Part shown: one piece after another, positions 19,501 through 27,616 of the stretch
Position numbering within the stretch: the first letter of the stretch is position 1
Layout: every line of letters begins with the position of its first letter
Assembly (NCBI RefSeq): GCF_000014265.1
Contig: NC_008312.1
Span: 6,810,001 to 6,842,000, forward strand
Source: Trichodesmium erythraeum IMS101
Lineage (GTDB): Bacteria > Cyanobacteriota > Cyanobacteriia > Cyanobacteriales > Microcoleaceae
DNA: 32,000 bases
Direction: 5' to 3'
Notes under the pieces: model-generated
The model's database searches: none
Told to the model about the DNA's origin: nothing
Seen by the model: only the letters and a program-made list of their open reading frames with translations
Made by a program: the position numbers and the translations under genes

Positions 19501-21891
19501 ATGAGTAATAAAATAGGTCAAACAACCCTGTTAAGTAATAATCCTTATATAGAATTAAATAATCAAGGCCAAATTATCACCTTCCAACTGACACAAAAGC
19601 GCCATATATTAGGACGCGATCGCCGCCGCGCCAATCTAGTAGTGCCCTCAAATTGGTTGCCCATCTCTAATTATCATGCCCTCATCAAGAAATCTGACGA
19701 TCGCTACCATATTTATGATGGTGACGGTTATCGACCAAGTACAAACGGATTATTTCTCAACCAGACCCGCATTACTCCTTCAGAAGGTCATCCTTTGGAA
19801 AATGGCATAGAAATCAAAATCGGCCTAGAACCCCAAAATCAAATCTTGCTCAAATACTTTGAACCGAATAATTCTACAGCTTTAACATCTTTACCAAAAA
19901 CGTCCTCAATATCTTTGCAAAATAGATCAGTATTACTTGGTCGGGATCCTGACGCTACCCTAGAGTTGAATGCTCCTATTATATCCCGTCATCATGCCAC
20001 CATTGAGCCCAATGCTCAAGGTGAGTACGTTTTACAGGACTATAGTAGCAACGGTGTGTTTGTTAATGGGGTCCGAGTTCAAAGTACTATTGTTGTGACG
20101 GAGGGAGCAGTAATTAAAATCGGACCTTTTACCCTTATTCGTCGTGGGGATAACTTGGAAGTCCTCGACCCCGGTAACGAAATTCGTCTTGATGCCTATC
20201 GCCTCTACAGAATAGTTAGAGACCAACGGGGGAAAACACAAGTTTTACTAAATGATATCTCCCTTGCGATCGAACCTGGGCAATTTGTTGCTTTAGTCGG
20301 AGGAAGTGGAACTGGTAAGTCGACTTTGATGCGAACATTATTAGGAATAGACCCGACAACTAAAGGCCAAGTTTATATTAATGGTGAAGATTTAAGGAAT
20401 AATTTTAATATTTATCGGACTCAGATAGGTTATGTTCCTCAAGATGATATTATTCATCCCGAATTAACAGTATTGGAAGCTTTAACTTATACTGCAAAAT
20501 TACGCTTACCTCCAGATACTAATGTTCAAGAAGTAGTGGAAAAAACTATCGAACAAATAGAGATGGCAGAGAGAAAAAATATATTAGTTAGTCAGTTAAG
20601 TGGAGGGCAAAGAAAAAGGGTAAGTATTGGCTTAGAATTATTAGCAGATCCCAAATTATTTTTCTTAGATGAACCGACATCTGGACTCGACCCAGGATTA
20701 GATAAAAAAATGATGCAACTATTAAAAAAGTTGGCAAATCAAGGACGAACAATTATTTTAGTTACTCATGCCACAGCTAATATTAGAATTTGCGATCGCA
20801 TAGTTTTTTTAGGTAGAAGTGGGCGTTTATGTTACTTTGGTTCTCCGAAAGAAGCTATGAATTTTTTCTCAATCAATACTGGTGACTTTGCTGATATTTA
20901 CAATGAACTAGAAACCAGTGATGAAAATATTAATGAATGGGTCAATAATTTTCGTCAATCAGAATATTATCGGCGCTATATTTCCAATCATTTGAGTGTT
21001 AATAACTTAAAACCTCCTACTAACTTACCCCCCAAAAAACAACTCCCTTCTTTTGCTAAACAACTATTTATTTTAATTCAACGATATTTAAAATTAATTT
21101 TCCGTGACCCGATTAATTTAGGTTTATCTTTATTAACTGCTCCTATTGGTATTGGTTTAATTTTATTTGCAGTTAGAGATAAAAATCCATTAATTGGCGA
21201 CCCAGAACCTACTTTAGCCCCTTTAGCTTTGCGAGTATTATTTGTATTTACTTGTGCCTGTTTATGGGTTGGTCTTTCGAGTTCTCTGCAAGAAATAGTC
21301 AAAGAATCAGCTATTTATATTCGAGAAAGATTGGTAAATTTAGGATTATTTGCTTATCTAGCTTCAAAAGTCATAGTTTTAGGATTATTAGCAATTTTTC
21401 AAACTTTATTAATAGCAGGAGTAATTATCTTGGGATTTGAAAGCCCCCAGCCAGAAATAATTTCATGGTCAATGGGAGTTAGTATTACTACTTTTTTAAC
21501 TTTAATAAGTTGTATTAGTATGGGATTAATGATTTCTTCTATTGTTAAAAACGCTTCTCAAGCTAATAGTGCTTTACCCTTAATATTGCTACCTCAGATT
21601 ATTTTTTCTGGAGTTTTATTTGAGATGAAAGGTATAGCTAGTAAATTTTCTTGGGTAATGTTAAGTCGTTGGTCTGTAGCTGCTTATGGGGCTCTAGTCA
21701 ATGTCAATAAAATGGTTCCAGAAGCAACTAAATTACCAGATGGTAGTAGGGTTTCTTTACCATTTTCTGGTTCAGATATTTATAACCTTAACTGGGGAAA
21801 TTTAGGTTTAAGTTGGGGAGTTTTATGTTTACATTCACTGATTTATTTAGGTTTAACCATTTGGTTTAAAAAACAGAAAGATATTATATAA
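19501..21891 (+). CDS. Two-FHA-domain ABC exporter (NBD + ABC-2 permease fused), Rv1747-like architecture
   Basis: I prefer the ATG at 19501 over the TTG at 19444. There are two FHA-like modules (..LGRD....L......ISNYHA.I......Y.I.D.....STNGLFLN..R.. and ..LLGRD.....L....ISRHHATIE......Y.LQDYSSNGVFVNG.R). ABC motifs are Walker A GGSGTGKST, signature LSGGQRKRV, Walker B LFFLDEPTSGLD and H-loop VTHA. The C-terminal part is hydrophobic with about 6 TM segments. Confidence 0.85.
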   Translation: MSNKIGQTTLLSNNPYIELNNQGQIITFQLTQKRHILGRDRRRANLVVPSNWLPISNYHALIKKSDDRYHIYDGDGYRPSTNGLFLNQTRITPSEGHPLENGIEIKIGLEPQNQILLKYFEPNNSTALTSLPKTSSISLQNRSVLLGRDPDATLELNAPIISRHHATIEPNAQGEYVLQDYSSNGVFVNGVRVQSTIVVTEGAVIKIGPFTLIRRGDNLEVLDPGNEIRLDAYRLYRIVRDQRGKTQVLLNDISLAIEPGQFVALVGGSGTGKSTLMRTLLGIDPTTKGQVYINGEDLRNNFNIYRTQIGYVPQDDIIHPELTVLEALTYTAKLRLPPDTNVQEVVEKTIEQIEMAERKNILVSQLSGGQRKRVSIGLELLADPKLFFLDEPTSGLDPGLDKKMMQLLKKLANQGRTIILVTHATANIRICDRIVFLGRSGRLCYFGSPKEAMNFFSINTGDFADIYNELETSDENINEWVNNFRQSEYYRRYISNHLSVNNLKPPTNLPPKKQLPSFAKQLFILIQRYLKLIFRDPINLGLSLLTAPIGIGLILFAVRDKNPLIGDPEPTLAPLALRVLFVFTCACLWVGLSSSLQEIVKESAIYIRERLVNLGLFAYLASKVIVLGLLAIFQTLLIAGVIILGFESPQPEIISWSMGVSITTFLTLISCISMGLMISSIVKNASQANSALPLILLPQIIFSGVLFEMKGIASKFSWVMLSRWSVAAYGALVNVNKMVPEATKLPDGSRVSLPFSGSDIYNLNWGNLGLSWGVLCLHSLIYLGLTIWFKKQKDII

Positions 21892-22026
21892 ATAAAACTT
21901 TTTATGAAAGCTGTAAAATTTGAAAAAATTTTAAAATATTAATGCTAGACTATTGAAGGTATGACTTTTTAAGACATAGCTTTCGTGAAAAGGTACTATT
22001 TACTACTGTTTCTTATTTCCTTGATT

Positions 22027-22482
22027 ATGAAATATTGGCTAATAAAATCAGAACCAAAAACTTATAGTATCTCAGATATGAAACAAGAAAAAAATTGTAT
22101 TTGGGATGGAGTCAGAAATTATCAAGCGCGGAATTTTCTCAGACAAATGAATCAGGGAGACTTAGCATTTTTCTATCATTCAAACACTAGATTTCCAGGC
22201 ATTATTGGGATAGTAAAAATATGGGAAAGTGGCGTTACTGACCCCACTCAATTTGACCCAGAAAGCAAATATTATGATCCGAAATCTACTCCTAATGCAC
22301 CTCGGTGGCAAACTGTTTCTGTGGAATTTGTAGAAGAGTTTCCTAAGTTAATATCTTTAGCTGATTTGAAACAACAATTTACTGGGGATGAATTGTTAGT
22401 TGTGAGGAGAGGAAATAGATTATCTGTAATGCCTATTCATGAAAATGTAGCAAAGAAAATCTTAGACATGAAAAATAATTAA
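22027..22482 (+). CDS. EVE (PUA-like) domain protein
   Basis: MKYWLIKSEPKTYSISD.......WDGVRNYQARNFLR.M..GDLAFFYHSN is the canonical EVE N-terminus. I therefore prefer the ATG at 22027 over the upstream GTG at 21985, which would add a hydrophobic leader. Confidence 0.75.
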   Translation: MKYWLIKSEPKTYSISDMKQEKNCIWDGVRNYQARNFLRQMNQGDLAFFYHSNTRFPGIIGIVKIWESGVTDPTQFDPESKYYDPKSTPNAPRWQTVSVEFVEEFPKLISLADLKQQFTGDELLVVRRGNRLSVMPIHENVAKKILDMKNN

Positions 22483-22599
22483 CCCTAGACATATTCGATA
22501 TTGAATGTAGGAAAGTTTCATGGAATTTTCCTATCCTGTGGAATACAGGGCCAACAGCTATCGGCTAGACTCCTGAGTCCAAATTTTGCCATTCAGTTA

Positions 22600-22621
22600 T
22601 GAGTTATTAACTCACTTTTTT
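22600..22621 (+). terminator. Weak candidate intrinsic terminator after the EVE gene
   Basis: TGAGTT-ATT-AACTCA (6-bp stem) at 22600-22614 is followed by a T6 run at 22616-22621. The stem is AT-rich and short. Confidence 0.3.
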
Positions 22622-22865
22622 CTGCCCCTAGTTATTCTGCTATTTTATGATAAAATAACTTAAACCATTAAATATTATCAAAAGTTTATGGCTGTAACAA
22701 TCCCTATCCTTAATCCTTTCTTAACAAATAATTTCGCCAAGTTAATCTTGCTGTGCATTGTTAACAATTTAGTATCGGCTATTCAATATTCATAAATTTA
22801 TAACCAACTGTTAAAACTTAAAAAAACGATCAAGATTATTTATTGGAGTAGGAGGTTTTTGAGAG

Positions 22866-25800
22866 ATGAAAAAAATCTTGTATATACATATAGGAACTGG
22901 TAAAACAGGAACCAGTTCAATACAAAATTTTTTATCTGAGAATCAAAAAAATGGCAGGTTATCAAAGCACTTTAATACAAGGTATTGTTTCTCGGGTCGT
23001 CCCAATATTCATAATATATTGTTGTGTAAAAATTACCAGAGGGGAAATGAGAAGACTCAAGAGTTGATAGATGCAAAGATTCGTGAATTGAGAAAGGAAA
23101 TTTATCAAAGTTCAGAACAGTTATTTATTATTAGTTCTGAGTATTTTCCCGGAAACACTCAAGATGAGATTCATGAATTAGTAAATACTGTAAGTGATAT
23201 ATGTCAAGTTAAAATTATTGTTTATTTAAGAAGGCAAGATGACTTTTTATGGTCTTGGTATACTCAACTTGTCAAGACAACTAATATATTTCTTGATATA
23301 TACAAATTAAAAGATAAATTGTATAAAGGCCCGCAGCAGGTTTTCAACTATGAAACAAGTTTAAGAAAATGGGAGAATATCGTTGGGAAAGAAAACATAT
23401 TAGTCAATATTTACGATAGGAATAATTTTAAGGAAAATTCAATATACTTTGATTTTATTCACAATTTAAATATTGACTTAGATCTGAAAAAAATGATAGT
23501 TCCAGAAGAGGTAAATCTAAGCCTTCAATGTGAACAAATATGTCTGATACGAACACTTATTCCTTATGTGAGTGAATGGAATGACGAACAACTAAAAATG
23601 TTGCAAAAACCACTTAATATCCCGTTTTTGTATACCAAAAGTCTCCTTTCCCCAAGAGAACGAAAAGAAATTTTAAATGACTTTAGACAACACAATGAAT
23701 TTGTGGCTAGACGATATCTTAATCAAGAAAATTTGTTTGATGAAAATATTGAAGATGAAGACACATGGAGAGAACCAAATATATTTAGTTCTGGATATTT
23801 TGAAAAATATATTGATTATATCAAAACCGAAAAAAAGACGTTGTTTGAATTACTGCAACCGATATTAAAGAATGTCAACAGAATGAAAATCAAAACAGTG
23901 AGAAATATGTTATTAGTTAATAACATATTTATAGTTGATTGGACGGAGAAGGCGGGTTGCACCATAGTATGTAAAATGTTTTTTGATGTTATGGGGATAC
24001 TCCAAGAAGCCTTAGACTATAATAGTTGGATACATAATTATCGACAAGATAAATTTTATGAAAAATTTGGTAAAGTAACGGAGGATATGCTTTCTGGGGA
24101 CAAGTTTGTGAAAATGAAATTTGTCAGAAATCCATATACCCGTGCAGTTAGTTCTTATTTTGCTGCAAATGAAAACAATAAACAATATTTAAAAGGATAT
24201 GAACATCTTGATTTGTCATTTTATGATTTCTTGCTTTTAGTTAAGCAGAAAAAAATAGTTAATGATCATTGGAGAACTCAATATCAAGAAATTGAATCCA
24301 GATTTAATTTTGATGAAATAATTAAAATTGAAAATATTGAACAAGAGGTAAAAAGACTGAATCAAAAATATAGTCTTAATTTACAACTCCATACACATTC
24401 TAGCCACCATCATAAAAAAGATAAAAATAAAAGTGAATTTGTTGGCAGAAAAAAGTATAGTGAGTTGGAAATTTCTGGTACTATTCCAGATTATAGAAAC
24501 TTCTATGATGATGAAACTAAGTTACTTGTGAGTGAAATTTATGAAAAAGATCTTAAAACTTATAAGTATACATTCGATCTGGAAAAAAATCAGGAAAGAA
24601 TTAAAGCAGAGAATACGGATAAAGATAAAAAAATGAAACACAATATCAATTACATTACAATTTGGGAGAACGAATGGAATTCGGTTTATGCTGACGAATT
24701 TCTAATTAAAGCTGCCAATTCTGATATTAATACTGTTGCCTTTGACATGCGGTGGCACAAGCACGAAACAAATGAAGGAAATTTTGATTTTTCTCATACT
24801 CAAGACAGATGCGATAAACTCATTGAGCATGGGTTCAAACTTATGCCATTAATTTCTATCTTTTATTGTCCGAATTGGGTTCATGAAAAATATCCTGATA
24901 TAGTTGAGTTGAACGAAACCTTCGGTGCCATAGGCTCGGGTCATAAAGGTGTAAGTTCTGCATACGAAAAGTCATTGCCCTTGGCACTCAATTTTATAGA
25001 TAAATGCATTGATGCACTGGAATGCTATAGACAGGATATAACAGCAATAAGTGTTTCGTGGAATAATGAACACGAAACAAAATTTACTCAAACACATGAT
25101 TTGTTTAGACCCTATGAAAAGTCTGCTCAAGAAAAATTCAGATTATTTATTGAGAAGAAAAATAGTTCAATAAAATATTGGAACGACAGGTGGAATACTT
25201 CCTTTGATTGTTTTGCAGAAGTAACTTTACCCACATTACGATGTGAGAACAAAAAACAAATTGAGCAATTTCAACTCCAGGGGCAATTTATATTTGATTT
25301 TTACGCATTTAGAAGATTTTTGCTTGTTAACATATATCAAGGTTGTTGTGAACGAATAAAATCTCATCAGTATAAAACATGGCTGCATTTTGGTGAAATA
25401 TTTACCTGTATTGATGCAATATATCAAGGTGATGTTGTGTTTGATATGATCACAGAAAATTGGTTGGATATCGTGGTTATAGATTCAAATTTATCTAAGA
25501 TAGGGGTTGAAACAAATGACCCGTTCGTTTCTTATGTAATTGTTTCTGCTTGTCAGCAATACGATAAACCAGTGATATTTGAAGTTGCGGTGGAGCGCGA
25601 TAAATCAATTGAGGTGTATAAAGAAAGTATTCTTTGGGCACAAAAAAAGAATGTAGACGGGCTAGGACATACAAATTTTATGAACCGGAAAAAATTTCAT
25701 TGTCTTTTTCAGAATTCATCTCTTGCCGCAGGTATGGATGGTGTTGAGTCAACAAAACATTTGCTTTTGATACATCCTATTCGTGGATGTGGTGTATTGA

Positions 25801-26132
25801 GGCAAAGACAACATATTGTGGGAGCAATATCAGTAGATCCTGTTCAAGATTATTTGATGGGTGAAGTTAAGCACTGGTATGACAGAGGATTTAATGTAGA
25901 TATTATCGGAGATCCTTTACTATTAAATAAGATTAATCAAGATGTTTATAATGAAATAGTTTATTTGGAACCATTGGCGTTATTGTCAGTTGACAAGAAG
26001 CATATTTCAGATTTTGTGGAAAGGTTGCCGAGTGACAAACCGTATTATCATAAGAAGTTGGATCGAGCATTCTTTGAACATCAAACCGGGTTTGATGGTG
26101 AACCTTTGGAATTTTTATCTTTTGAAGAATAA
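22866..26132 (+). CDS. Three-module protein: P-loop sulfotransferase-like N-domain + Sulfotransfer_2-like domain + GH42-like (clan GH-A) TIM-barrel domain
   Basis: 1088 aa. A GGAGTAGGAGG Shine-Dalgarno sits at 22845-22855. Residues 10-17 are GTGKTGTS and 119-132 are VYLRRQDDFLWSWY. Residues 359-366 are WTEKAGCT, 420-431 VRNPYTRAVSSY and 467-472 DHWRTQ. From about residue 595, ITIWENEW....AFDMRWHKHETNEGNFDFSHTQDRCDKLIEHGFKLMPLISIFYCPNWVHEKYPD...ISVSWNNEHE resembles the GH42 N-terminal barrel, including an NE acid/base motif. Confidence 0.7.
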   Translation: MKKILYIHIGTGKTGTSSIQNFLSENQKNGRLSKHFNTRYCFSGRPNIHNILLCKNYQRGNEKTQELIDAKIRELRKEIYQSSEQLFIISSEYFPGNTQDEIHELVNTVSDICQVKIIVYLRRQDDFLWSWYTQLVKTTNIFLDIYKLKDKLYKGPQQVFNYETSLRKWENIVGKENILVNIYDRNNFKENSIYFDFIHNLNIDLDLKKMIVPEEVNLSLQCEQICLIRTLIPYVSEWNDEQLKMLQKPLNIPFLYTKSLLSPRERKEILNDFRQHNEFVARRYLNQENLFDENIEDEDTWREPNIFSSGYFEKYIDYIKTEKKTLFELLQPILKNVNRMKIKTVRNMLLVNNIFIVDWTEKAGCTIVCKMFFDVMGILQEALDYNSWIHNYRQDKFYEKFGKVTEDMLSGDKFVKMKFVRNPYTRAVSSYFAANENNKQYLKGYEHLDLSFYDFLLLVKQKKIVNDHWRTQYQEIESRFNFDEIIKIENIEQEVKRLNQKYSLNLQLHTHSSHHHKKDKNKSEFVGRKKYSELEISGTIPDYRNFYDDETKLLVSEIYEKDLKTYKYTFDLEKNQERIKAENTDKDKKMKHNINYITIWENEWNSVYADEFLIKAANSDINTVAFDMRWHKHETNEGNFDFSHTQDRCDKLIEHGFKLMPLISIFYCPNWVHEKYPDIVELNETFGAIGSGHKGVSSAYEKSLPLALNFIDKCIDALECYRQDITAISVSWNNEHETKFTQTHDLFRPYEKSAQEKFRLFIEKKNSSIKYWNDRWNTSFDCFAEVTLPTLRCENKKQIEQFQLQGQFIFDFYAFRRFLLVNIYQGCCERIKSHQYKTWLHFGEIFTCIDAIYQGDVVFDMITENWLDIVVIDSNLSKIGVETNDPFVSYVIVSACQQYDKPVIFEVAVERDKSIEVYKESILWAQKKNVDGLGHTNFMNRKKFHCLFQNSSLAAGMDGVESTKHLLLIHPIRGCGVLRQRQHIVGAISVDPVQDYLMGEVKHWYDRGFNVDIIGDPLLLNKINQDVYNEIVYLEPLALLSVDKKHISDFVERLPSDKPYYHKKLDRAFFEHQTGFDGEPLEFLSFEE

Positions 26133-26137
26133 TCATT

Positions 26138-26815
26138 ATGTATTTTATTATTTATTCAGAAAGAAAAATAATATTTGGATGGTCAGCAAAATGTGGTTGT
26201 ACTCATTTTAAAGGAATTGTTTGGAATCTTTTATACGATGAAGAATTAAAAGGCGCAAGAGTACATGAAAAAAAGGCTAGAGACAAGCTTCCAAGTGATA
26301 TCGAAAATTATATTTCCGTTTTAGTCATACGAAATTCTTATGAAAGATTAGTTTCAGGTTTTTTGGATAAATACAAACCACGTGGACAATACAGGAATAT
26401 ATGGAAATGCGAACCATTGACCTTTACCAAGTTTGTAGATGAATTGATTAAACCAAATTGGAAGGTTATAGAACAACATCATTTTACTCCACAAATAACT
26501 GAAGATTTCAATGCAGATAAATTATTAAAAAGCAAAGGTCTAAAAATTTTTGACGTTGTTGATATTGATTATAATTTTCTTGAGAAACTATACAACAAAA
26601 AAATATCAGATTTTTCAATAAAACAAAAACATCAAAATTATCGCAAAGCAACGGTTGAAATTAAACAACCAATATATGACTTGAATATTGATGATTTTTT
26701 TGATAATTATGTACCAACACAATTTTTTTATAGCGAGGACATTAAAAATAAAGTTTATAATTTTTATATTGACGATTTTACATTTTTCAAAAATAACGGA
26801 TTTGATTATATATAA
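26138..26815 (+). CDS. Sulfotransferase (carbohydrate sulfotransferase / Sulfotransfer_2-like)
   Basis: 225 aa, starting 5 nt after the previous stop codon. It carries WSAKCGCT (aa 15-22, 5'-PSB-like), IRNSYERLVSGF (3'-PB-like) and HHFTPQ. Confidence 0.65.
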   Translation: MYFIIYSERKIIFGWSAKCGCTHFKGIVWNLLYDEELKGARVHEKKARDKLPSDIENYISVLVIRNSYERLVSGFLDKYKPRGQYRNIWKCEPLTFTKFVDELIKPNWKVIEQHHFTPQITEDFNADKLLKSKGLKIFDVVDIDYNFLEKLYNKKISDFSIKQKHQNYRKATVEIKQPIYDLNIDDFFDNYVPTQFFYSEDIKNKVYNFYIDDFTFFKNNGFDYI

Positions 26816-26851
26816 TTTACATTTAGAATTTTTATCTTTTGAGGAAGAATA

Positions 26852-27598
26852 ATGGACGCATACGTATCACATGACAAAAAAATTGTCGCATTTTGGACTC
26901 CGAAATGTGCCTGCACTGCGGTTGTGTTATGGTTTTATTATAATGTACTTGGACATAAGCACGCCAAACAGGATCCTAGAATTTTACTGCATAAAAATAA
27001 GCATCTCATTTCTTTTGAAGATGGAAAGCATTTGGTTGAAAATGAAAAATACACAGCCATAGGGTTTGTCCGTGATCCAATAACAAGAAGTGCATCGGCA
27101 TTTTTAAGTAAGTTTTTATATCGTTCCTGTGGTCAAACATTGCTAACATTTGATTCACTTGAACCTTTTGCCAAGAATTTATTTAAACAATACAAGCAAC
27201 ACAATAAAATAAAAGACAAGGAATATTTTGGATTTTCCTTTTATGATTATTTAAATATAGTTTACCATTTACAAAATACAGGTGCAAGGATTAATCCTCA
27301 TTGGAATGTACAATTTTCCGGCGACATTGACTTTGATTTTCTTGTCAGGGTAGAAAGCTTTACTAAAGACTTGAAAAATGTTAATCAAACTCTTGGTCTT
27401 GGAAATTATATTCCTCGAGAGGCAAATAAACTGAAACCTTCGGGATGCCATAAATGTGAAAAAATGGTTGATAAAGAACCGTCCGTAAAACTTTTACAAG
27501 ATAAGTTGATTGTTGACAAGAAGAGTATATTATCAGATGAGTGTATAGGTTTGATTAAGAAGATTTATTTAATTGATTTTGAAAAGTTTAATTATTGA
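26852..27598 (+). CDS. Sulfotransferase (carbohydrate sulfotransferase / Sulfotransfer_2-like)
   Basis: 248 aa, after a 36-nt gap, with a GAGGAAG Shine-Dalgarno. It carries WTPKCACT (aa 15-22), VRDPITRSASAF and PHWNVQ. Confidence 0.65.
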   Translation: MDAYVSHDKKIVAFWTPKCACTAVVLWFYYNVLGHKHAKQDPRILLHKNKHLISFEDGKHLVENEKYTAIGFVRDPITRSASAFLSKFLYRSCGQTLLTFDSLEPFAKNLFKQYKQHNKIKDKEYFGFSFYDYLNIVYHLQNTGARINPHWNVQFSGDIDFDFLVRVESFTKDLKNVNQTLGLGNYIPREANKLKPSGCHKCEKMVDKEPSVKLLQDKLIVDKKSILSDECIGLIKKIYLIDFEKFNY

Positions 27599-27616
27599 TT
27601 CAAGAGAACATTAAAA

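Noticed and set aside
20032-21440. ORFs 20032..20241 (-), 21078..21302 (-) and 21252..21440 (+)
   Set aside because: They are nested in or antisense to the FHA-ABC gene, which has complete Walker/signature motifs in its own frame.
21985-22026. Signal peptide on the EVE protein (GTG start at 21985)
   Set aside because: EVE proteins are cytoplasmic and canonically begin M.YWL.KSEP, so the hydrophobic leader is probably untranslated.
21985-22482. EVE domain as part of a defence or modified-base restriction system
   Set aside because: No nuclease, ATPase or methyltransferase partner is adjacent. Stand-alone EVE genes are common housekeeping-like genes.
22688-22795. 35-codon hydrophobic ORF (MAVTIPILNPFLTNNFAKLILLCIVNNLVSAIQYS) upstream of the operon
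   Set aside because: It has no RBS and lies in an AT-rich leader, so its length is compatible with chance. It is worth a look only if ribosome profiling exists.
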